A DNA stretch of 64,000 nucleotides from Antechinus flavipes (taxonomy: Eukaryota), in NCBI RefSeq assembly GCF_016432865.1, contig NC_067400.1:76570001-76634000 (forward strand), read 5' to 3'. Below are positions 54,531-64,000 of this stretch, piece after piece. The notes under the pieces were generated by a model that made no database searches, was not told the DNA's origin, and saw only the letters and a list, made by a program, of their open reading frames with translations. The translations under genes and the position numbers were made by a program. The first letter of the stretch is position 1; each line of letters opens with the position of its first letter.

Positions 54531-55589
54531 CACACTGAATTCTTCACTTCCATCTGTGAAGTGATGCTATGATATATTGGACAAAATCTGAATCGATATA
54601 TTGTTATAATATGCTGTAGTCCCAGTCTTTTCTGATCTGAGTATGATGTCTACTTCATTTCTGGAAGGGTTTATCATTTATAGTATGAACCATAGGGTTG
54701 AACCAGATTTCATTTCCCAAGTCGTCTTCTACCTGCAAAATTCTATGTGTTTGACTTTTCTCCAAACTGACCAGGTAACTTGTCACAATCTAGCATCTTA
54801 TGTTGAGTGAATATTAAGTGTTGGATTAAAAAAAAAATTCTGGAGTCTCCTTAGATAATTTTTAAAATGTAAGTGCATCATGTACTTAATTCAAATTAAA
54901 TTTCTCTTAACTGCCCTCTATTCTGAGGTGTACAAATATGTTCCTCACAGCTGAGCAAAGATAAAATGATTTATCTACTTTTTCTTTTCAACATAGTTCA
55001 TGATCTTAGTGTACTTTATGAATAGTTTCACTGTATGAAGTACATTATCTATAGGTTTACAGATTTAGAACTAAGCCGGGACCTTTATAGATCATCTAAT
55101 CAAAAAACTCTTTAATCTGGAGATGAGTTAAGGTAGTTAAGTAGCAGAGACAGAATTTGAACACTTAGCTCTTTCTCCAAATAAAGCATTTTTTCCATCG
55201 CAACTATATAAGAGTTTGAATTTGCTTTTCATGCCTATTAAGAAATTGAGGGAAAACAATTCACAAATGGTTTCTCTCTTCCATGATAATCATTCAATTT
55301 TACTTCAATCTTCAAGCCAATACTGAACAGATAGCAAATTAGTATGAATACAAACTACACTCCCAAAATGATTTTCCTGAAAAGGAAAAAACATCAAGGT
55401 CCAAAAACAAAAATTATATGATTATAATATTCACATGCTGTAGTAACGCTCTTAAAACAATTTTGATGTGAATATTTCATTAATATTTTTATGTATATTA
55501 GTACTTTTCACTATTTTGATTAAGAACTGTCTAATAAGCCACTGAAGTTTTATAGAAGCTAGGTTTAATTCATATGGTTTAGATATGAT

Positions 55590-55800
55590 AATCAGCTAGA
55601 AGGTACAGGGAACAGAGCACTAGACCTCAGATACTTACTAACTGTGTGACCCTGGGCCATTCACAATTTTTCTCAGTTTCCTAATCAATAAAATGGGGAC
55701 GATGGTATCTAAGAGAGTTGTTGTGAGGATCAAATGAGATAAAATTAAGTAAAGCACCGTAAAAACTTGAAGGAATTGTATAAAGATTAAACTATTATTA
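55590..55800 (+). mobile_element. MIR/MAR1-type CORE-SINE
   Basis: gacctcagatacttactaactgtgtgaccctggg...ttgttgtgaggatcaaatgagat. Confidence 0.7.
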
Positions 55801-57791
55801 CTATTATCTTGTTTCTAAGATGATTTGTTCTATTACAAACCTGCCTTAGGGCAGGCTAATTTAATAAACATCCTTTTCTACTATAATTATACAAACAATC
55901 CTGAACTCCTGTTAATTTATTCATATCTAATTATAAATCAGGCCCCAAAAGAAACTGGGGAGACCTTGTTTAGATCACTTCTAGCATTCTGGTTCATTCT
56001 CTTGCATGGGAAAGAACATATCAACAGGCATCAGAATGCCTAATAAGTCTGTCTGCAAGTGGGGATAAATAAGGCCATAAGGATCAAGAGCAAGAAACCC
56101 ATTAAATCCTATTCAGAAGTAAAGTACTATTTCTTCAATGTTGTAAAGAAATCACATTATCAACTGGGATACTTTTAAATAAGAGTTTTGTATACTAACT
56201 GAAACACTAAAATACATTCTCCTTATAGAACTAAGATACTTTCCTGCAAGTTTCAAAAAGGCAAAAAAGGTAAACATGGCCAAGAAAACTCCTTAAATTC
56301 CTTTCACAAACCTCCAGAAGAAATGGTCTATTTTTACATTATATTTGAAAATTAATTCCTTCCATGCTGTGTAAGCAAAACTATCATGTGAAACAATAAG
56401 AATGAGAGTATCCCTCAAAACAAAGTAAGAACATTGTTTTAGAGACAAACTTTGGAAATTTTTAATGGAATAGAAACACAGCTAAAGATAATTCTCTCTG
56501 AGAAGTGGGGGGAGAGGGGGAATGAGGGGATTTCAGAAATTCCAAAGTATAAAGATAATTAGAAATCATAAGATTTTGCATCTATGTTCAATTAATCAAA
56601 ATTTTCAAAAAGGACAGAAAAGCTAAGGAAAAATAAACTCTGGGAAAAGGTTAACTTTCTAAGTTTAAGCTTATTATGGCCAACTCACCTCTAGTGTAGT
56701 ATACCATGTGTGGATATATAGATAACCTGAATAGGGATAGATTATACAAGACTAAAATGGAATAGCTATGTCAAAGTGGGCCTTTCAGTGGGACTCATTT
56801 CCTTTATGTTATCAACTGCCGTCAGTCCAGCAGTAGCAGTGACATTTCACACGCTATGTTTTGTTTATTTTAAACTATTATCCCCACCTTTTCCTTCCTT
56901 CCTTCCTTCAATGTTAACACAGATAGGATCAGCCTAATTTATCACACCGTTCCTCATTGCTACCAGCCTCTGCCACTTTCAACCTTTCTCAGCCAAATGC
57001 GAATTTGACTTTCAATTCCCTAAAAGTTCAAAATCTACATTCATTCTACTAGTATTTAATTAGGGCTCAAAGGCAAGGCTCCCGGACACGTTGACGTGGG
57101 GTGCTTTGTTTTGTTTTCTGAAGGAGATGTGATTATCTTGGGGCCAATCTTTTGCAACTCAACCTTGAGACAGGTGGACTGAGATTTTACCTGTGCAAAC
57201 TCTCTTTTCTCAGCCAAATTCTAATTTGACTCAGTTTTCTCAAACTTTACAATCAATCATCTGTATTTATTCAGGGCTCATAGATAGGATTATTTGCTGC
57301 TCAGGGATTTTGACTAGCAGCGAAGTTCCTAAAAGTTTATAATCCATCATCGACATTCATTCAGGAAGTACTTAACTAGGGCCACATAAAACCTTTCTTT
57401 CGGAAGGATCTGCAACTCCGACTTGGACAAGTCAGACAAATGGACAAGGACAGAATTCGGTCCGAGGACTACTGGATTGTGATTTTAACTGGATTGTGGA
57501 ATAATTGAATGATTAAAAAAAAAAAAGTGAATGTAGGAGAGATGGGGGGAGGGGAGAGGGGAAAAAGGAAGATTTCATGAAGCTACCAGGCGTTACCTGG
57601 GCACCAGAAAGGAGCACAGGTAGATGCACCGAACACGGAAGCTCAGACTCGCTCTTACTCTCACCCACGTGTAAGGGGAGGGGTGTCCCCACTTCAGGGG
57701 CAGGAGGAGGGTCCGGCGCCAGGCTCCCCCTTCCCGGACCCCGCGGCGTAGGGCGGCCCGGGCACAGCAGCCCGGGGCCGCGGGGGCTTAC

Positions 57792-58002
57792 CGTCGGGAA
57801 ACTCCCGGTCGCTGATGTGCTGCAGGTGCGGTCCCTCGCCTCCCGCCGAGTCCGTCTCCTTGGGCTCTGCGGCCGCCAGCACCGCGTCCCCGGCTCCTGC
57901 GTCGTAGGCATCCAGCCGGCGCTCCGGGCCCGCCGCCCCCGCACCCCGGCTGAGTTTGGGGCTGGCATCCGGGGACACGCAACAGGTCAACGTGTTCCCC
58001 AT
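57792..58002 (-). CDS. CCNYL1: CCNYL1 coding exon 1 (MGNTLTCCVSPDASPKLSRG...HLQHISDREFPD, phase 1)
   Basis: ATG at 58002; ORF track 57694..58002 matches the cyclin Y-family N-terminus through LQHISDRE; donor G|GTAAG begins at 57791; 211 nt. Confidence 0.96.
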
Positions 58003-58127
58003 GGGACACCCCCTCGGCCCCCCGGCCCTCGCGTCCTGCGGCTCACCCCCGCGCCGCCCCCGACTCGCTCTGTCCGCCCGCCCGCCCTGCCTGCCTGCCT
58101 GCCGCCCGTCCGCCCGCCCGAGGTTGG

Positions 58128-58205
58128 TTAGCTGTCGCTGCCGCCGCCGCCGGTGCTGCTACCGCCGCCGCCGCCCCCTCCCCCAACAATGGCGGGGCCA
58201 GGCAT
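58128..58205 (-). other. uORF2, MPGPAIVGGGGGGGGSSTGGGGSDS* (25 aa, poly-Gly)
   Basis: C-terminal part of ORF-track entry 58128..58613; ATG at 58205, TAA at 58130-58128; the Gly runs are encoded largely by GGC repeats. Confidence 0.45.
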
Positions 58206-58219
58206 GGGCAGCCCCGGAG

Positions 58220-58243
58220 CTATGCCCGGGCTGAGCGGCTCAT
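58220..58243 (-). other. uORF1, MSRSARA* (7 aa)
   Basis: Minus strand ATG AGC CGC TCA GCC CGG GCA TAG, with G at -3; inside the leader only if the TSS is upstream of 58243. Confidence 0.45.
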
Positions 58244-58397
58244 GTCCGCCCGAGGTCCGCCGCTTCTCCCTTCCCGCACGCCGGAGGACCGCGGCTCCGC
58301 TCGGGCTCGGCGGCAGCAGCTGCGCCCAGACCGCAACACCCGGCGCCGCCGCCGCCGCCTTCTCTCCCGCGCCGCCGCCTCCTACCACCCTACTCCT

Positions 58398-58432
58398 CAG
58401 TGAGGGCACGGACAGATCGGGCTCATTTAAAA
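58398..58432 (-). promoter_or_regulatory. Candidate core promoter: TATA-like TTTAAAT at -30 and Inr-like TCACT with +1 A at 58401
   Basis: The only AT-rich patch in the island core (minus strand TTTTAAATG, 58432-58424); TTTAAAT starts 30 nt before the A of CCCTCACTG. Motif-spacing inference only. Confidence 0.4.
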
Positions 58433-61044
58433 GGGGTGGGAACACGCGAGGTACAGGAGGGGCCGCTGCCACTGCCGCTGCCCGGGCCACAGGGCTGGGC
58501 TGGACTCGGCTCGATCCCCTCCCTCGCCCGCGTCCTCCTCCTCTTCCTCCTCCCTCGCTTTTCCCCGGGTAAAACGCCCTGAGAAGCTGGGAAACCCAGC
58601 GCCCGCCAACCACGGAGCGCCTCTAAGTCACCTGGTTGCTAGGCACCAGTCAAGAGAAGAGTTACTCTTCCACTCCCGCCCCCTCGGAGTTCTTATCATG
58701 TGACTCACAAAGACCTCCCCATAGTCACCACCGGGCGGCCCCCACTCCGCCAGCCCCTCCCCCTCCCGGTGTCCCTCCCCTTGCCCCTGCCCCTCCCCAT
58801 CTCCTTTTCCTTTCCCAGACCTAGTCTAGCCAGTCACAGCGTTTGTCTATTAATCATAGAGTTCCTGAAGGCATTCCGATCCAACGGGAATCGAGAAATC
58901 CAGTAATCTACTCCGTCCCCAACCAAGAGGCCCTCAAAGGGGAAAAAAACAAGCCCCCAATTCATAATTAACATCCTCAGAGACGAATTCCATCTATTCT
59001 CATCCAGATGTTAGGAAGGGGGGCGTCCTCGCACTTGGAAACGTGCATCTGCCGAGTTAGCTACTAACTTGGTTCCCAACTTGCTCCAGACCCACAGACC
59101 TTTCATTCACAGCCTCCTCTGATTCTTATCATTGCTGCGTTCTCCCCTCTCTCTTGGGCCCCTCAGGAGCCAATTATTCCTGACTTCCTTCACTGCCTGG
59201 GAGCACTCACTTCTGAAGTCCACTACCATCACTTCTCCAGCCTCGACTGGACACGGGGGCATCGGACAAAATGGGCACATGTTCTCATCCAAAAACCTGC
59301 AGAGATGCCTGGGAATTGACCAAGGCAAACAAAGTTATTCTGAAGATTTCAAGTAGCACTGTGGACTTAAGAAGAAATGACAAACCCAATTGCTCTTAGC
59401 TCCTCTCTTAAAGGATATTTTTAAAGAAAATAATGGGAAGGGAAAGGTGAATTTTCAGAAACTTGATTTTAATAGGCTTATTATTTAAAGATATCCTTCA
59501 CAGAATGGGGTTAAGGCTGCCTAGGAAAATCTGATAATGCTTAGGAAACTTTTAAAAACTATATATTAAACATCGCCTCTCCCCTAAAGGAGAATGTCCT
59601 TTAATAGATGGAAAGTGAAAGGATAATGTGAGATATTTTAAAAGAATTAGTGTTTAACTTAGATTTTTAAAATGAGATAATTAGAAATAGACATCAAATA
59701 AATGGAAAGTGTTAAAAGTCAAGCTGGAATAAGAGAAGATAGTTTTAATAAACTAGAGATAGCCAAATCTGTAAGACCCAATGACTTACATTCAAGAGTT
59801 TATTTTTTTTTAAGTCTGACAATTGTAGCTTAATAGATTTTTTTCAGAATTCTAGTACATATAATAGGCCCTTTAAAAATCAAGAACATGAGTTTATAAA
59901 CATCAAATATTGCTATGTTCACTTTTTTCTGTTTTTTTTTCTCTCCCATGGTTTTCCCCTTTTGTTCTGATTTTTCTCACCCAACATGATTCATAAAGAA
60001 ATATGTTTTCAAAAAATAAAATTAAAAATAAAATAGATTAATTTATTTTTATGATAAAATGTCAGATTTCATAGATCAGAGAGGAAGAAAAAGAATCTAA
60101 CTCCACTTTAACAAGTTTTATGTCAATACTCTTACTGTTGCTGCTGTAACAGTACAACGAATAACAGTAAATAATATTGATACAGCATATTGAAGTTTGC
60201 CAAGTGTTTTTCATATGTTATCTCATTTGAACTTCAATGGTGTAGTGAGTTCACTGGGTCCTGAATCAAGAAGACTTTAAGAGTTCAAATCTAGCTTTAG
60301 ACATATGACCCTAGGTATGTTTTAGTATACCTACCTTTCAGGATTGCTTTGAGGATCAAATGACATATTTGCAAAGAGCCTGTATAAGCATAAATTTTAT
60401 TATTTTTACTTTTTATTCTAGCCCTGTGATTTCTTCAGTGTAGAAACTTTTCCCACTAATACAGATCTGTAGCATTCAGGGATACCAAGGGATTGTGGGA
60501 CTTGATTGTGGTCATACAACTGTTAAGTCATTGAATTCCAAATTCTCAATCCATTACTTTACCTATTAAAAGAGGCTGTACTTATCAATAAATTAAGACA
60601 AATTTTAAACAAAAGCCTACTGGATACACAAATGATTGGAAAGTGTTTTTATGTGTTTATTGAATTTGATTGTTATCTGTTTGATGGAAAAGATGTATCT
60701 TGAGTCCAATGTAGTCTAATATCTTTATAGATTACCTGAGTGACAGAGAGAAAATTTATTAACTTTGAATATGACTTGGCATTGAGTGGGAGCAAAATGA
60801 TGGTGGGACAGATTAGACTCAAATTAGAGTAGATTATAAGAAAGGAAGAAATGAAATTTGCTTTTGAGGAAAAATAAGTTCATAAAATGGGAAAGAGTGG
60901 CAGTGGGCAAGTATAGAAAAAATATAGGTGTTATAGTAAGTAGATCATAAAATTGTTTTTAAAGGTATAATCCTATAATGCATAAAAGAATATAGTACAC
61001 AATCAGCTTTGTACAAACCTTACTACTATGTCATGTCCCATATA

Positions 61045-61520
61045 GGAGAAGTGGAAAGGGTTTATATGAGAGCTGTCATAATGATTAATAAGTCTGAAAA
61101 TAGGATCTCTAAGGGAAAGCAAAAAGAGTTGAGATTATAGAGTAAGAGAAGAAAAGGCTGTGAAATGCAGTTTCGTAGCATTCCCATGGAAAACAGAACT
61201 GTAATCAGTTATTCTTCATTCAGAGGACAGAAGAAACAGCATCCAATCATCAAAGGAAGAATTTAGGTTAATACATACAAAGAGCAATTTCACAACAGTG
61301 AAAAGTTGTTAAAGATGGAAATAGGTCAAATGGCCAAGACCAGCTTCTTATTATGAAAAACTTCATGAATTAAGGTAGATTATATAGATTTCTTTTTTTG
61401 AAATTCTTTTGAAATGGGAGAGCAATTCTTACCTCTTGGGAGTTGTTTGAATGTAGTCCTGATTGAAGCAAAGGGGAAACTAAATGATCTTTCAAATTCC
61501 CTTCAAAATGCTGGAATCTT
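61045..61520 (+). mobile_element. Ancient L3/CR1 LINE 3' fragment
   Basis: aaagagttgagattatagagtaagagaagaaaaggctg...ggaagaatttaggtta...gatctttcaaattccctt; degraded. Confidence 0.5.
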
Positions 61521-62479
61521 GTCTTTGTTCCAGATTCCTAGGCCTTTGCCATAGCCCTGGAGTTAGAGGACCTGAGTTCAAATTCACACTCAGCCACTTC
61601 ATGTCTCAGGTAACGTTAAGACAACTGACTTTATGTAATTGGGAATCAAGTTCTTCAGTAATGGAATCTCTATAAGATGTTATTTATCTCAGTCACAGAC
61701 AATAAGCAGGTACGATTAAAGAAGACTTCAGGTTCAAGGAGCTGCTTTTGCCATTCAGTTGTAACAAGGATTAGGAATTTCCTTTAGCCTTCCTTAGGAA
61801 AAGCCTGAAACCATGTACTCTTCCTGTTTACTGTTTATTGCCTTGTGATGGTTTATGAATTTTCTATTGTTTTTCCCCACCATAAATCCCAAGCTTTTTG
61901 TTTCCAGTACTTACAGGTTTTACTGTTTCCTCTTTTTCCGCCCTTATAATATCCTTGTTGCTCTTGAGATATGTCACCTCCTACTGATGTTAAAAGGAAG
62001 CCTTTGCTGCAGCCACTTCACTGTAGTTGGAATCTTTTTTCTAGCAATTATTTAACATTTTCCCCCTATTTTCCCAGAGGCATGCTTGACAGCAGCCTCT
62101 TCAAAAGAAGTCTATCTTATAAAGGGAAAATCAGCAAGGGGGAGGAAGAAATTCACTAGATTTGACAGTTAGGAGAAAAAGTTTGAGAAATGCATTCCAA
62201 CCATATTCATCTCCTCAGAAATAGAACTCTGAAACATTTCACAATAATGATCTAGGCGACAAATGTAGTATCTTCTGGCTGAGATAATTCAGTTTCTATT
62301 TTATTAACATAGAGCCTTCTAAATTCCAGAGAGAAAACTTGGCCATGTGTTTGTGATGGCCTCTCTAAACTATTAGAAGTCTGTTCCCACCCTTAATTTC
62401 ATTCTAATATAGATGAAATGACATATCTCAAAGGAAATATTTTCATAAGTATGCAAATATAATTTTTCTACCAGAAATT

Positions 62480-63400
62480 AAAAGGACATTGGATGTCCCA
62501 CAGGTACCTCAAATTCAGTGTCCCAAACAGAATTCATCTTCCTTGCATAATCCACTTCCCTTCCCAATTTCTGTAGAAGGTACCACCATTTTTAGAATCA
62601 CTCAGATTTACAAAACCTCAAAGACCTTGTCCATTTTCTCTCCCTCTCCCCTTATTCGACCACTTGTCAAGCTCTATTGATTCTTCCTTTTTAAAATCTC
62701 TTTCATCTATCTCTTTCTTCTTATTCATATAGTTACTACCATGGTTCACACTCTTATCACTTCTCAGACCTTTGCAACAGCTTCCCAATTAGCCTTCCTT
62801 TCTCCAGTCTTTTACCTTTCAATCTATCTTCAACATAGTTCTGAAAACAATATTCCTAAAGCATATGTTTGACCATGTCTGGGCTCAGGAAACCTCAGTG
62901 GCTATCTACTACTTCTTTCATAAAATAACAGTTCCTCTTCTGGTTATCTAAAAACCCCTGACAATCCAACCCATATTATCTTTCTAGATTGAGCCCATTA
63001 ATCTCTCTCATGTGTTCACCAATCCAACCAAATCACCAGACTTCCAGTTACTATGTAACATTCTTTTTCTCACAAAAGTACCTTTGCACAGACTGTCCCC
63101 CATGTCTTAACACTATCTCACAGAATATTTTTCCTCCACTAGTTTCCTTTTGTCTCTACTAAAGCAAGCTCAGGTGTCACTTCTTTCTCCTTCGCTCCAA
63201 ATGTTAGTGCTCCTTTAAAAAGTATTTTCTATTTCCCTTGTAATAAATATTCCCTTTATCTTGTTGTAAATATTTATCAGTGTATATGTTGTTGTTTTTC
63301 CCAGTAGAATATGAATTCTTTGAGATCAAAAATGTGTTGGGTTTTTTTTAATCACTAGTTCCTAATATATAGGAGGGGCTCACTAAAAGCTATTGTTGAA
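62480..63400 (+). mobile_element. L2 LINE 3' fragment
   Basis: ggatgtcccacaggtacctcaaattcagtgtcccaaacagaattcatc...cccagtagaatatgaattctttgag...; classic L2 3' text. Confidence 0.65.
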
Positions 63401-64000
63401 TTAAATTTAACTAAACAAGACCAAAGATTATGGAGCATATGGTAGAAATGGCGCAGTTTTATATAGTAGGGATGATTTCCTTTTAAGGGGGTGGAGTTCA
63501 ACATTTGTTTGGTTTTCATGTCACTTGAGGCATAAAGTCTAACGTATGGGAAGTTGACATCGGAAAATTTAGCAGAATTCCTACTCCCCTTCAGGAATGT
63601 CTTTCTCTTCTAGAATAGTGAATGCAGAAGTGGAGCAGCTCCTTTTTAAAAAAAAATTTCAGTAATTATATCCTTTTTACCTTTTTGTCTTTTGTTATTA
63701 TATTTTGTAGTTCACAAATGTATCATTGCATTCTAACTCTAAGTAAGCCACAAGGTTACCTGGAGGTAAAAGTCCTCTGAACTGGTCCTTTCTCATTTTT
63801 GCACAAATAGCATGAATTATGGGAAGTGGTCAGAAATCTAATATTTGATAGTAAGTACAACATTGGGACTCTATGTTCTGGCCAATTTCCATTTTAAGTA
63901 TGATGTTAACCTATTCTCCAGTTCCTTCTTCGTTTTGGTGCCTCTGCTCCCTGTTTTTCACTTTTGCTTTTTCAATCCTTGTTTTCCCACTGTTTAAATA

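Larger units (their letters stand above)
57600..58790. promoter_or_regulatory. CpG island covering the CCNYL1 promoter, 5' leader, exon 1 and start of intron 1
   Basis: Abrupt shift to very GC- and CpG-rich sequence in an otherwise CpG-depleted window; (GCC)n runs; GC boxes. Confidence 0.93.

Noticed and set aside
56113-56227. H/ACA snoRNA reading of the duplicated intron 1 segment
   Set aside because: ANANNA and ACA motifs occur on the plus strand, which is antisense to the host gene. I could not build the two-hairpin fold, and such motifs are common in AT-rich DNA.
57513-58613. Overlapping long ORFs on both strands (73-184 aa) in the CpG island
   Set aside because: Stop-poor GC-rich DNA routinely produces such ORFs. 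Only the 58002 frame matches a known protein, and it is spliced at 57791.
58800-64000. A neighbouring gene or divergent transcript upstream of CCNYL1
   Set aside because: Only repeat remnants (L1 tail, MIR, L3, L2) and short featureless ORFs; no exon with recognisable homology.

Overview
Eukaryotic (mammalian) genomic DNA, AT-rich and repeat-dense, with one 137-nt N gap. The repeat content (WSINE1/MAR1-like SINEs, marsupial-type L1 3' ends, OC1-type hAT MITEs) points to a marsupial, probably a dasyurid such as the Tasmanian devil; this is inference, not a database match. The window holds one complete protein-coding gene on the minus strand, CCNYL1 (cyclin Y-like 1). I reconstructed 10 GT-AG coding exons by hand (58002 down to 3140); they join in frame to 1077 nt = 358 aa + stop. 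A CpG-island promoter lies at about 57.6-58.8 kb and a likely poly(A) site near 1.48 kb. Almost all other ORFs in the supplied track are spurious, low-complexity or transposon-derived. I found no evidence of a new multi-gene system. The most notable items are: (1) two ~191-bp OC1-type hAT MITEs with target-site duplications, a family known for horizontal transfer into dasyurids; (2) a young, nearly open 852-bp internal L1 ORF2 piece with no 3' UTR or poly(A), flanked by 19-bp direct repeats; (3) two AUG uORFs in the inferred CCNYL1 leader, one encoding poly-glycine from GGC repeats; (4) a ~105-bp unexplained sequence present twice in intron 1, 18.7 kb apart; (5) clustered miR-15/107-group seed sites in the 3' UTR. 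Boundaries of old repeats are approximate.
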